From contig CAZNXK010000002.1 of the NCBI GenBank assembly GCA_964576835.1, positions 13,789 through 77,788 of the forward strand: a stretch of 64,000 nt of DNA, read 5' to 3'. This document shows, piece by piece, positions 27,065 through 36,201 of the stretch. Every line of letters starts with the position of its first letter. Position 1 is the stretch's first letter. The translations under genes and the position numbers were made by a program. Under the pieces are notes generated by a model, which saw nothing but the letters and a program-made list of their open reading frames with translations, made no database searches and was not told the DNA's origin. The DNA is from an uncultured Treponemataceae bacterium (GTDB lineage Bacteria; Spirochaetota; Spirochaetia; Treponematales; UBA12059).

Positions 27065-27213
27065 CCACGGAGACACGGAGGCACGGAGAAATACAAAAAT
27101 GGAAGGAATGGATGTCTGGGGGTAGTGCACAGACCACCATAACTCATACATCTTTCATCTTCTCTGTCTATTGTCTCTTCTGCGCATTGCTCCGTGTCTC
27201 CGTGCCTCCGTGG
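27065..27213. repeat. MITE-like intergenic repeat, copy B, with 24-bp terminal inverted repeats
   Basis: The left end CCACGGAGACACGGAGGCACGGAG (27065-27088) and the right end CTCCGTGTCTCCGTGCCTCCGTGG (27190-27213) are complementary at 22 of 24 positions. Each end is three tandem CACGGAGN octamers. The interior has ATGGAAGGAATGGATG and CTTTCATCTTCTC blocks, as in copy A. Confidence 0.7.
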
Positions 27214-27243
27214 CAATAATTCCTGTGCTAGTTATGCTTTCGA

Positions 27244-29220
27244 TTACTTCGTCGGGTCGTCGGCGTAGAAGTGCCACTTGCGGGCAACCTTCGTTCCGTT
27301 CCACCACTTCTTGAACATCGGCACGCTCCAGTAGTCCATGCCGAACGAGCGTCCGGCGCCGCCGAGCATCAGGATGCCGGCGAACACGAACCAGAGCTGG
27401 TCCCAGGCAAACATGCCTGACAGCGTGAAGATGACGCACATCGCCATGCTCGCCATGGCCGCCCACCAGGTGAAGAACCCTCCGAACAGCGCAAGTCCGA
27501 TGCCGATCTCCATTACAACGATCATCGCCTGGAAACCCTGATACGGGAGGTAGGCGAAAATACCGTCCATGAAGGTCGTGCGGAACCAGGTGCTGATGAC
27601 GCCGTTGAAATCGAATATCGGCTTTGTCAGGTCCCATATCTTGCCGAATGCGCGGGTAGCGGTGTCGGCCACGGCGGTAGCGGCCTCCGCGACTGGTTCT
27701 GCCCAATCGCCGGAAGCGGCACTGACAGCCTCTGTCACGGTTTCAGCTGCGGCGCCCCAGTCGCCCTCGGCGCTGGCCGCGCTTACCGCTTCTACAGCCT
27801 TCATGCCAGCCTGGGTCACGCCTGAACTGAACATCCACCCGCTCTTGGAGCCGGCAGACCATGCGAGCCATCCCTCGCCTATCTTGTTCACGCCTTCCAT
27901 CACCCACATGAGGCCGAGCCACATGCGCAGGAGGAGCGGCCAGTAGCCCCTGACCTTCCAGGTAGCGAAGCCTCCGATGAACGAACGGCGGTCCTTGATG
28001 TCGAGGAACTCGTGCTTGATGTACTCCCAGACCTGGTTGATGCCCGCGATGTTCAGGAGGTACCACACGTTGATCATGTGTTTCATCGCAAGCGCGATGA
28101 AACCGCTGCTCTTCATGCCGCCGGCGTTGGCCACGCCGTAGCGTCCGCCTATCGACACCATGAAACCGTGGAAATTGGACTTGAACTGGTGGCGCTCCGC
28201 GCTGCCTTCAATATCAGCGATGATGTTCCTGGCGGCGACTTCGGCGGTCTGGTGCGCGCCTTCCACTATCTGCGGAACGGGTTTGCCGTTCTCGAGGAAG
28301 AAGGAGTTGTCGCCGACCACGTAGAGGAAGGGGTAGTCGGGGCTCTTCATCTCCGCGTCGACCTGGAGCCGGCCGCGGCCCCTCTCGCCCTTGGTCACTT
28401 CAAGGCCCGCGGCAAACGAACTGCCCTTGACGCCGCAGGTCCAGATGAAGGTGTCGGTCTCGACGACCGTGCCGTCCTTGAGCATGACCTTGCCGGGCTC
28501 GGCTCCGGTGATGGAAGCGTTGAGCAGGACCTCGCAACCCTTCCTGGAAAGGTATTCTTCGGCTTTCACCCTGAGCGGCTCTTCGAGTATGGGGAGGATG
28601 GACGGCAGGGCCTCGATGTTGACGACGCGGGTCTCGGCACGGTCGATGTAGTGCTTGCGGCACATCGCGTCGCGGAACTCGAGAAGTTCGCCTATCATCT
28701 CGATGCCGGTGAATCCTGCACCGGCGACGGTGAAGGTGAGCATCCTCTTGCGGGCTGCGGGATCGGTCTCCTCGGCGGCGCGAGCGAATATATCCTCGAC
28801 GTGGTGGCGGATCCTCATCGCGTCGTCGAACGACCAGAGGCTGAACGAGTTGTCCTTGACCCCGGGAATGTTGAAGTACTCGGGCTCTCCGCCGGCTCCG
28901 ACGATGATGTAGTCGAAATCGTAGCCGCGGGCCTTTCCGACGGCCTTCCTGGCCTTGAAATCGACTGACTGGATGTCGTCGAGCACGACGTCTATCCGCT
29001 TGGCCCCGAAAATCTTCCTGAAATTGACCTGCACCGATTCCGGCTCGGTGCGCCATCCGGCGACCTCGTGGAGCTCGGTCATGAGCGTATGGAAAGGCTT
29101 CCTGTCGACCAGGGTAATCTCTACGTTCCGGTCCTTCCTGAAATGCTTTTCAAGGATCTTCCCCGCCCAGACGCCGCCGTAGCCGCCCCCGAGTATCAGT
29201 ATCTTCTTGGTCTCGGCCAT
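27244..29220 (-). CDS. Type II NADH dehydrogenase-like FAD/NAD(P) oxidoreductase fused to a C-terminal DoxX-like membrane domain
   Basis: Has KKILILGGGYGGVWAG and FTVAGAGFTGIE dinucleotide-binding motifs. The C-terminal ~230 aa are hydrophobic (DoxX-like) and interrupted by an Ala-rich internal repeat (VEAVSAASAEGDW / TEAVSAASGDW). The ATG at 29220 is preferred over 29271 because AAGGAG lies 5 nt upstream. Confidence 0.85.
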   Translation of the reverse strand: MAETKKILILGGGYGGVWAGKILEKHFRKDRNVEITLVDRKPFHTLMTELHEVAGWRTEPESVQVNFRKIFGAKRIDVVLDDIQSVDFKARKAVGKARGYDFDYIIVGAGGEPEYFNIPGVKDNSFSLWSFDDAMRIRHHVEDIFARAAEETDPAARKRMLTFTVAGAGFTGIEMIGELLEFRDAMCRKHYIDRAETRVVNIEALPSILPILEEPLRVKAEEYLSRKGCEVLLNASITGAEPGKVMLKDGTVVETDTFIWTCGVKGSSFAAGLEVTKGERGRGRLQVDAEMKSPDYPFLYVVGDNSFFLENGKPVPQIVEGAHQTAEVAARNIIADIEGSAERHQFKSNFHGFMVSIGGRYGVANAGGMKSSGFIALAMKHMINVWYLLNIAGINQVWEYIKHEFLDIKDRRSFIGGFATWKVRGYWPLLLRMWLGLMWVMEGVNKIGEGWLAWSAGSKSGWMFSSGVTQAGMKAVEAVSAASAEGDWGAAAETVTEAVSAASGDWAEPVAEAATAVADTATRAFGKIWDLTKPIFDFNGVISTWFRTTFMDGIFAYLPYQGFQAMIVVMEIGIGLALFGGFFTWWAAMASMAMCVIFTLSGMFAWDQLWFVFAGILMLGGAGRSFGMDYWSVPMFKKWWNGTKVARKWHFYADDPTK

Positions 29221-29487
29221 ATGTTCTCCTTGAGCCGTGTCATGGACCGGCGCGTCGTCGTTCGCCGGCATCGGAGTCTACTCGCCGTCCCGCCAATCTG
29301 GCAGGCAACACGAGATTCCATGATTGCAGATTTTGGACATTGCGATTGTGCCGTCTTCCATTGCCTGCGTCAAGGTCGAAATCTATATATACCTAAATAT
29401 AGTAAGTTTTCTATAGAATCCAGTCCCGATGAATGCCTTGACCCGGGAAGCCACAGGCCATTACATTTATAAGACAGAGGAGAATCC

Positions 29488-29715
29488 ATGCCAGATCTAG
29501 CGAGCGTTCAGAAAGCCATACAGGATGTTCGGCCTTCACTGCAGGCCGACGGTGGCGATATAGAACTTGTTTCGGTTTCGGAAGACGGAAAAGTAACGGT
29601 CAGGCTCAAGGGCGCGTGCGGCTCCTGCCCGATGGCCATCATGACGCTCAAGCAGGGCGTCGAGGCTTATCTAAAAAAAGTGGTTCCAGAGGTTACCGAG
29701 GTCGTCCAGGGCTGA
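29488..29715 (+). CDS. NifU C-terminal-domain (Nfu-type) Fe-S cluster protein
   Basis: 75 aa, with IQDVRPSLQADGGDIELVSVSEDGKVTVRLKGACGSCPMAIMTLK (CxxC motif). A GAGGAG RBS is present. Confidence 0.85.
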   Translation: MPDLASVQKAIQDVRPSLQADGGDIELVSVSEDGKVTVRLKGACGSCPMAIMTLKQGVEAYLKKVVPEVTEVVQG

Positions 29716-29724
29716 AAGCATACG

Positions 29725-29747
29725 GGAAAACCGGCCAGGCCCGGCTT
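29725..29747 (-). terminator. Candidate terminator of the cheR-cheB-small ORF transcript
   Basis: The minus strand reads GCCGGGCCTGGCCGG followed by TTTTCCC, a GC hairpin with one bulge plus a U-run. It lies ~35 nt after the stop at 29781. Confidence 0.4.
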
Positions 29748-29780
29748 CCCCGCTTCCGCTTTCAGTCGCCAGAGCCCTTT

Positions 29781-29939
29781 TCAGCGTATCCCGTCATCGC
29801 AGGCCTCGTCCGAGTCCCTGTTCCTCGCCGCTTCGGCGACATGAGGTTTGTCGCAGGGAGGCAGGGTCTCGCTCTTTCGATCACGATCCTTTTCAAGCGT
29901 GTTCCTGGGATCTGTTCCAGCCTTCTCCTTTGTTGCCAT
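29781..29939 (-). CDS. Small hypothetical protein (52 aa), charged
   Basis: Sequence MATKEKAGTDPRNTLEKDRDRKSETLPPCDKPHVAEAARNRDSDEACDDGIR. An AAGGAGG RBS lies 5 nt upstream of the ATG at 29939. The longer track ORF to 30140 would overlap cheB. Confidence 0.35.
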   Translation of the reverse strand: MATKEKAGTDPRNTLEKDRDRKSETLPPCDKPHVAEAARNRDSDEACDDGIR

Positions 29940-30015
29940 ATGAACCTCCTTGAATACTACCAATAAGGTAATAGATGCCTGGACCATAGACAAGCAGACA
30001 AAGAGAATACCGTTA

Positions 30016-31143
30016 CTAGCGCTTCTCCATGGCAAGCGTGGAGATGCGCTCGGCCATGCGCCCGAGAGAAACCTGCTCCATGACATTTCCCATTTCGAAC
30101 GCCACCTTGGGCATGCCGTAGACGACGCTCGACCTTTCATCCTGGCCCAGCGTCAGGCCGCCCTCGCGATAGATCGAACCCAGTTCCCGGGCGCCATCCT
30201 TGCCCATTCCCGTCATGATGACCGCCAGCGCGTTGTTGCCGTACTCCCTGGCGACGCTCCTGAACAGTACATCGGCGCTTGGCCTGTGGCCATTTTCGGT
30301 GGGTTCCTGGTTGACACGGACCACGCTCGCCAGGGGCCGCCTCTCGACTACGATATGCCAGTCACCCGGGGCGATGAGCACCCGGCCTGGCTTGAGGATG
30401 TCTCCGTCGGCAGCTTCCTTGACTTCGAGGGGGCAGATGCGGTCAAGACTGGCGGCAAATTCCTCGGTAAAGCCGGCCGGCATGTGCTGTACGACGACGA
30501 CGGGCCGGCCCAGCTCGGGTGATATCTTCGCAAACACCTCGCGGAGGGCATTCGGGCCGCCAGTGGAGATGCCGATGACGACTAGCTCGGTACGACCCGG
30601 CGAGCGGACTGGCCGGATAGGGACAGCCCTCGCTTCGTCCCTGGGGACTGCCCTGGGTTCATCACGGACAGGTTCGAACATCCGTTCAGGGGTCTCGAAG
30701 CTGTAGCGCTGCGGTTCCTTGCCCTTTTCGCGCTGATACTGGGAACCGTAGGCCGCGAGCATCCTGGACAGCTCGCCAGCGACCATATGGATGTCCGACG
30801 ATACCGAACCTGATGGCTTGGTGATAAAGTCAGACGCTCCGAGCGACAGCGCTTCCATCGTCACCTGCGCGCCGCGCTTGGCTACGCTCGACAGGATGAC
30901 CACCGGTATTTCTATGCCGAGGCGCTTCCGCTCCTTGAGGAATTCGATGCCGTTCATCTCCGGCATCTCTATGTCAAGCACGATGACATCGGGCTGGCAT
31001 CGCGGGATCTTCTGCAGTGCGAACACCCCGTTCATGGCCTTGTCGGCTGTCTTGAGACCGGGTGTGGAGTCGATGATCCTGGAGATCAGGTTTCGCATCA
31101 AGGCGGAATCGTCGACTACGAGCACAGAGATTGGATCGGGCAC
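30016..31143 (-). CDS. cheB: Chemotaxis response regulator protein-glutamate methylesterase
   Basis: Receiver ISVLVVDDSALMR...DVIVLDIEMPEMNG plus a CheB methylesterase domain (VVIGISTGGPNAL, VVQHMPAGFT, ITGMGKDG). GTG start with a GGAGGAA RBS. Confidence 0.92.
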   Translation of the reverse strand: MPDPISVLVVDDSALMRNLISRIIDSTPGLKTADKAMNGVFALQKIPRCQPDVIVLDIEMPEMNGIEFLKERKRLGIEIPVVILSSVAKRGAQVTMEALSLGASDFITKPSGSVSSDIHMVAGELSRMLAAYGSQYQREKGKEPQRYSFETPERMFEPVRDEPRAVPRDEARAVPIRPVRSPGRTELVVIGISTGGPNALREVFAKISPELGRPVVVVQHMPAGFTEEFAASLDRICPLEVKEAADGDILKPGRVLIAPGDWHIVVERRPLASVVRVNQEPTENGHRPSADVLFRSVAREYGNNALAVIMTGMGKDGARELGSIYREGGLTLGQDERSSVVYGMPKVAFEMGNVMEQVSLGRMAERISTLAMEKR

Positions 31144-31161
31144 GTCATTCCTCCGCTTCGA

Positions 31162-31971
31162 TCAGATGGATTTCTTGTAGAAGCAGGCCCAATCGGTCTT
31201 GACGAACTCGAACTTCGTATTCATGCCGAAAAGCGATTCGGAATGCCCGATGAAAAGGAAGGACTTGGGAGCCATGGCTTCCCAGAATCGCTCGATCGTC
31301 GCCTTCTGGGCCGCTTCATCAAAGTAGATCAGTACATTCCGGCAGAATACCACGTCAAGGTTCCTTTGTCCTGAATCATTCTTGAGGTTGTGGTAGTCAA
31401 ACCGTATGGTCTTCTTGATGTCATCCTTGATCTGGTAGCCGTTCGGGCGCTTTTCGAAATATTTCGGCAGGTACGAATCGGGGATGCCTTGTATGCGGGT
31501 CTCCGGGTAGAAACCCTCCTTGCCGACCATGAGCGACTTGAGGCTGATGTCGCTCGCCGTCAGCTCCGCGTTCCACCCCATGGGAAGTATTTCCTTGAGC
31601 AGCATCGCAATGGTGTAGGGCTCCTCCCCGGTCGAGCAGCCAGCGCTCCAGACGCGCACCTTGCGTTCCGCATGCCTCAGTTTGAGGAGTTCAGGCACGA
31701 CGAAGTGCTCTATGGCGTCGAAATGCGCCTGGTTGCGGAAGAAGCGCGTCAGGTTTGTGGTGACCGAGTCGAGCAGGACCTTGAGCTCTTCCTTGTCCCT
31801 TATGAGAATGGCAAAATATTCCTGAGGTGTCTGGAGTTTCTTGTCCCGGAGGCGTTCGCGTAGCCGGCTTTCCAGTATCGACCGGTTGGTTGCGGAGAAG
31901 TGTATGCCGCTTTCATCATAGATGAGCTTGCGGTAGAGTTCGAAATCGGAATCCGCTAAAAAATCGGCCAT
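31162..31971 (-). CDS. cheR: Chemotaxis protein methyltransferase
   Basis: Has FELYRKLIYDESGIHF, TNLTRFFRN, VRVWSAGCSTGEEPYTIAM and VFCRNVLIYFD. The ATG at 31971 (GGAGAGG RBS) is preferred to the GTG at 31989. Confidence 0.9.
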   Translation of the reverse strand: MADFLADSDFELYRKLIYDESGIHFSATNRSILESRLRERLRDKKLQTPQEYFAILIRDKEELKVLLDSVTTNLTRFFRNQAHFDAIEHFVVPELLKLRHAERKVRVWSAGCSTGEEPYTIAMLLKEILPMGWNAELTASDISLKSLMVGKEGFYPETRIQGIPDSYLPKYFEKRPNGYQIKDDIKKTIRFDYHNLKNDSGQRNLDVVFCRNVLIYFDEAAQKATIERFWEAMAPKSFLFIGHSESLFGMNTKFEFVKTDWACFYKKSI

Positions 31972-32116
31972 TCGTCCGCCTCTCCGCACAGCATTTTTTT
32001 AGGAGCATGAGCCACACTCCACCCGAAAGAAGTCTAGTGCCCCGAATTCTCCACTGTCAATAGAAGGCAGGGGCCGGATAGTTGACGGTCGGCTCGGCAA
32101 TGAGGATAGTATTGAT

Positions 32117-33625
32117 ATGATTGATCATAACGATCGCGGTCGTGACCGCACAGCATGGAGCGTCGTAGCACTGATTACCGTGTTCTGCGCGGCGCTCTCG
32201 TTCAGCGTACCCGCCGCCTATGCGCAGGACGCCAAGGCTGAAAGCCAGCGCTATTTCTCGATATTCCAGAGCGCCTTCAACTTCATTCTGGAGAACTACG
32301 TCGACACCGTCGACCCGAAAGCGCTGTACGAAGGCGCGATGCAGGGAATGTTCGACTCGCTCGGGGATCCGTACTCGGTCTTCCTCACTGACGCGATGAT
32401 GAACGACCTGAACGACACGACGACCGGACGTTTTGGCGGCATCGGACTGTACATATCCAAGCCACTGCCCGACCCCAAACTGCCTGAGCGCCGTCTGTAC
32501 GTCGAGATAGTCTCCCCGATAGAAGATACTCCGGGCTGGCGGGCGGGCATCATGCCCGGTGACCAGATAACCCACATAGACGGGGAGACCACCGAACCGC
32601 TGTCGATGGACGAAGTACTCAAGCGGCTCCGCGGCGAACCTGGTTCGACGGTGACCATAACGATACTGAGGGGGACGGGGCTGGTCTTCGACGAGAAGGT
32701 CACCAGGGCGATGATAGAAGTGCCGACGGTCAAGCGCGCGATGCTGCCAAACGGTGTCGGCTACCTTCGTATAATAGAATTTACCCCGCAGACAATTTCC
32801 AGGGTCAGGGAGTCTATCGACTGGTTCGCAGCGCAGCGCTACAAGTCGCTGATCGTGGACCTCCGGAACAACCCGGGCGGTCTTTTGCAGTCGGTCATAC
32901 AGGTGGCGGACCTGTTCCTGGAGCAGGGCGTCATCGTGTCGACGAAGTCGAGAAACCGCTACGAAAACGCGGTCTACCAGGCCAAGCCCGATTTGCTCGT
33001 GCCCGCCGGAATGCGCGTGGTGGTCATGATAAACCGTGGTTCGGCCAGCGCGTCGGAGATCCTCGCCGGGGCGCTCAAGGACCAGAAGCGGGCTTACCTG
33101 GTAGGCGAAAAGAGCTATGGCAAGGGATCGGTACAGCAGGTGCTGCCGCTTGGGGACACAGGCTTCAAGCTGACGATGTCCAGGTACTACACGCCAAGCG
33201 ACGCGAACATCGACAAGGTCGGCATAGCGCCTGACCTTTCCGTCAAGGAACCGGAACTGACGCCCGATGAAGAAGCGTCGCTGTCGAGCCTTATCGAGCG
33301 GGACGTGTTCGGAGCCTTCGCGGCCGCCAATCCCAACGCCTCGCCGCAACAGATTGACCAGTACGTGACGGGACTCCGCTCGGCCGGCTCGCCGGTTTCC
33401 GCGCGGGTGCTCAAGAAAATGCTGCGCAACCAGCTCGAGCGCACCTCTATTGGCCCGATATTCGATCTGGACTATGACCTGCAGCTGAACGCGGCGATCA
33501 AGGTCCTTGCCGACGAACAATTTCCGTCGCTCATCTCCGAAGCGCCGTCGGTCAAGGATCTGCAGACGGCGCTCGCCGAAAAGATACCCGCCGACAAGGC
33601 GGTAACCTCGGCTTCCGGCAAATAA
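32117..33625 (+). CDS. S41-family C-terminal processing peptidase (Ctp/Prc-like)
   Basis: 502 aa with a signal/anchor WSVVALITVFCAALSFSVPAAYA. It has a PDZ region (GGIGLYI...GDQITHIDGE) and catalytic region INRGSASASEILAGALKD...GEKSYGKGSVQ. Confidence 0.9.
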   Translation: MIDHNDRGRDRTAWSVVALITVFCAALSFSVPAAYAQDAKAESQRYFSIFQSAFNFILENYVDTVDPKALYEGAMQGMFDSLGDPYSVFLTDAMMNDLNDTTTGRFGGIGLYISKPLPDPKLPERRLYVEIVSPIEDTPGWRAGIMPGDQITHIDGETTEPLSMDEVLKRLRGEPGSTVTITILRGTGLVFDEKVTRAMIEVPTVKRAMLPNGVGYLRIIEFTPQTISRVRESIDWFAAQRYKSLIVDLRNNPGGLLQSVIQVADLFLEQGVIVSTKSRNRYENAVYQAKPDLLVPAGMRVVVMINRGSASASEILAGALKDQKRAYLVGEKSYGKGSVQQVLPLGDTGFKLTMSRYYTPSDANIDKVGIAPDLSVKEPELTPDEEASLSSLIERDVFGAFAAANPNASPQQIDQYVTGLRSAGSPVSARVLKKMLRNQLERTSIGPIFDLDYDLQLNAAIKVLADEQFPSLISEAPSVKDLQTALAEKIPADKAVTSASGK

Positions 33626-33639
33626 GCGCCAGGCGGAAC

Positions 33640-34491
33640 GTGCGGCAGTTCGTGTTGCCAGGCTCGTGGGACGGCGGTCCGTCCTGCGAGCTGTCCGGTC
33701 GCGAGGCGCGGAGGCTGAGCTCGGTCCTCCGCTTGTCTCCGGGCGACGGGTTTCCGGCAGTCGGCGCGGACGGGTCGCCGTATTCCTGTACCATAGTGGC
33801 CGCCGGCCGCGATTCGGTCACCCTGTCCGTACAGTCCGCGGACAGGCAGGCGAACGGCTACATGCCGGACATCAGGGCCACCCGAGTCAGCGCCGCAGCG
33901 GCTGGTTGCGCGGTCCAGGCGGCTGGAGCCTCGCCGGAGCTCCGCGCCATGCCCCGGCTCATCCTCGCCGTGGCCATCCTCAAGGGCTCCAGGCTCGACG
34001 ACGTGGCGCGGGCCGCCACCGAGGCCGGCGTCTCGGTGATACTGCCGCTCGTCACCGCCAGGTCGGTCCCCGCCGGACACGCGGGCGGCAGACTCGACCG
34101 CCTGCGGCGCATCGTCGCCGAGGCCAGGGGGCAATCAGGATCAGCAGCTCCGACGCGGATAGTCGACCCTCTCACCATCCCGGAGCTGATCTCCGCATTC
34201 CCGCCCGGCGACGGACGGCGGATAGGCCTGTTCTTCCACGAGGCTCCCCTTGCGCAGGCTTCGATCCATCGCTATTGTACCGGAATACCGGACGAAATCA
34301 TCGCGTGCGTGGGTCCCGAAGGGGGTTTCGACGAACGCGAGATCAGCGCCCTCATGGCGGGCGGATTCAAGCCCGCATGGCTCGGACCGACGGTTCTGCG
34401 CGCCGAGACGGCCGCCGTTTTCGCCGTTGCTTCGCTGCGCATCGTCTGCCTGGAGCGTTCCTCATGGTCAATGACCGAGTCAAGAGAATAA
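33640..34491 (+). CDS. rsmE: 16S rRNA (uracil1498-N3)-methyltransferase
   Basis: 283 aa with a GTG start. The C-terminal SPOUT knot motifs are VGPEGGFDEREI and LGPTVLRAETAAV. Confidence 0.85.
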   Translation: MRQFVLPGSWDGGPSCELSGREARRLSSVLRLSPGDGFPAVGADGSPYSCTIVAAGRDSVTLSVQSADRQANGYMPDIRATRVSAAAAGCAVQAAGASPELRAMPRLILAVAILKGSRLDDVARAATEAGVSVILPLVTARSVPAGHAGGRLDRLRRIVAEARGQSGSAAPTRIVDPLTIPELISAFPPGDGRRIGLFFHEAPLAQASIHRYCTGIPDEIIACVGPEGGFDEREISALMAGGFKPAWLGPTVLRAETAAVFAVASLRIVCLERSSWSMTESRE

Positions 34492-35210
34492 GCGTCCTCA
34501 AGGTGCCAGTCGACGTCGTGGCGCCGGATGACCTCGAAGAAGTCATCAAGGCGATGTACACCGACGGGAAAAACCATCAGATCGTCCTGCTTTCGGCAAC
34601 CGATCTGATGAGGGCACGGCGGTCCGGCGAGTTCAGGACGATGGTCGCCGGAGCCAGCCTCGTCATCCCGATATCGCTATCGATAGTAAAGGCCGCCCGG
34701 TTCCTCAAGCGGCCCATCCCTGTCCGCTACGAGCCCTTCGACTTCATCGTGCAGGTTCTGTCCATTCTGGAGCGGTGGGGAAAATCAGCCTACCTCTTCG
34801 GAGGCAACCCCAAAGGGCTCGCCAAGGCGTCGAAAAACATCAAGTCGACCTTCCCCGGGCTTCACGTCGTCGGTGGCCATTCAGCAAGGTTCCCCAAGAA
34901 CTTCCACCCCAAGATCGTCGAAGCCATCAGGAAAGCGACGCCGACCCTTTTGCTGCTCGGCAAGGGCGTTCCCGGCGCCGAACGATGGATTCCGCGCAAT
35001 ATGAAGCATTTCAACTCGGGAATCCAGCTCTGGTGTTCCGACGTCTTCGATGTCTTCGCGGAGCGCAAGAGCAGACCCCCGGCGGCGCTGTTCGCACGGG
35101 GTCTCGAATGGCTATACTACATAAAGAGCAGACCATGGATAGCGTTCCGGGTCTTCACGGCGATGCGGTTCAAGGTCATCAGCCTGTGGTATCGTCTGCG
35201 GAGGCTATGA
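34464..35210 (+). CDS. WecB/TagA/CpsF-family (GT26) glycosyltransferase
   Basis: 248 aa, with ISVLKVPVDVVAPDDLEEVI, YLFGGNPKGLAKASKNIKSTFPGLHVVG and LLLLGKGVPGAERWI. Only the 3' part of track ORF 33666..35210 is used; its 5' part is an Arg-rich alternative frame of rsmE. Confidence 0.8.
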   Translation: MVNDRVKRISVLKVPVDVVAPDDLEEVIKAMYTDGKNHQIVLLSATDLMRARRSGEFRTMVAGASLVIPISLSIVKAARFLKRPIPVRYEPFDFIVQVLSILERWGKSAYLFGGNPKGLAKASKNIKSTFPGLHVVGGHSARFPKNFHPKIVEAIRKATPTLLLLGKGVPGAERWIPRNMKHFNSGIQLWCSDVFDVFAERKSRPPAALFARGLEWLYYIKSRPWIAFRVFTAMRFKVISLWYRLRRL

Positions 35211-35256
35211 CGCTGACTTCCACCAGTCCCAGTCCGGCATTTCCCAGGAGGCAAGC

Positions 35257-36159
35257 ATGAAACGAACATGGATTTCCGTAGCTGCAGCAACGCTCGCGGC
35301 GATGGCGGCACTCGTGGTGTCGTGCGTATCGCAACCTGTCCCGTCGGAAACGGTCGGGGAAACGGTGGATGCGGACTCGTCGGCCACGACCTGGGAGAAG
35401 GTCCGCAAGGAACGCGTCGAGGAATACAAGACGCCGGTTGTCCTGAAGGAAACCGTCCGCTTCGCCGACGGACTCGTCGACAGGGTCGTGTCGTACTCGT
35501 ATGACGACGGGTACAGGCACTTGCTGTCGACGGTTGCCAGGAAGCCTTCTTTGATGGATCCCATCGAGCGCGTCACGTACGACTATCGTGACGGCGTACT
35601 CGTCGGCAAGTCCACGTTCGACCCCGACGGCGCCCTGTCTTCGAAGAGCGACTACTCCTACCTCGATGGTCACCTCGTCCGCGAGATTATTCTCGACGGC
35701 AAGGGTACGGTCCAGTCATCCTCGGAATGGACCTGGGATGGCGGACGCAAGTCTTCCTGGCGCGTCCTGTCGGCCACCGGTCTGGCGCTCGCCAGGACCG
35801 ATTACTTCTACGAAGGCGATTCGCTCGCCAGCGCAAAACTGCTCGGCGGCGCAGGCAACTCCAAAGGAACGATAGAATACGTCTACGGCGAAGGCGACAC
35901 GCTCCTGGCTGTCAAGTATCTGGACGCGGCAGGCGGGCTGGATGGCCGCATCGAATACTCGCTGAAGGATGGTCTGATCGCACAGGAGAGCGTGTACCGC
36001 GCAGACGGCCGTCTCGAGCGCCGCCTGTCCTACGAGTACGGCCCCGATGGCGCCCTCGTGAGGAGAACCCTGGCCGACTCCTCTGGCCAGGCGCGCGAGA
36101 CTGTCGTTTATGAAAACGCGTACCGCATCGATACGCGCATCATCGAATACTACGAATAG
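35257..36159 (+). CDS. Lipoprotein with YD-like repeats
   Basis: Lipobox MKRTWISVAAATLAAMAALVVSC. Repeated Y-x-Y-x-D/G-G motifs are present (YSYDDGY, YDYRDGVL, YSYLDGHL, YVYGEGDTL, YEYGPDGAL). Confidence 0.7.
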   Translation: MKRTWISVAAATLAAMAALVVSCVSQPVPSETVGETVDADSSATTWEKVRKERVEEYKTPVVLKETVRFADGLVDRVVSYSYDDGYRHLLSTVARKPSLMDPIERVTYDYRDGVLVGKSTFDPDGALSSKSDYSYLDGHLVREIILDGKGTVQSSSEWTWDGGRKSSWRVLSATGLALARTDYFYEGDSLASAKLLGGAGNSKGTIEYVYGEGDTLLAVKYLDAAGGLDGRIEYSLKDGLIAQESVYRADGRLERRLSYEYGPDGALVRRTLADSSGQARETVVYENAYRIDTRIIEYYE

Positions 36160-36201
36160 AGGACGTTGCCCCAGGGGCGTTGTCCCGCAAAAAGGAAGAA
36201 T

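Noticed and set aside
32057-33520. 487-aa minus-strand ORF opposite the S41 peptidase
   Set aside because: Same shadow-ORF pattern (Arg/His/Val-rich, no motifs). The plus strand carries clear PDZ and Ser-Lys peptidase motifs.
33666-34463. 5' two-thirds of the 514-aa plus-strand ORF 33666..35210
   Set aside because: It is an Arg/Gly-rich alternative frame of rsmE. Only the part from ATG 34464 has GT26 (WecB/TagA) similarity.
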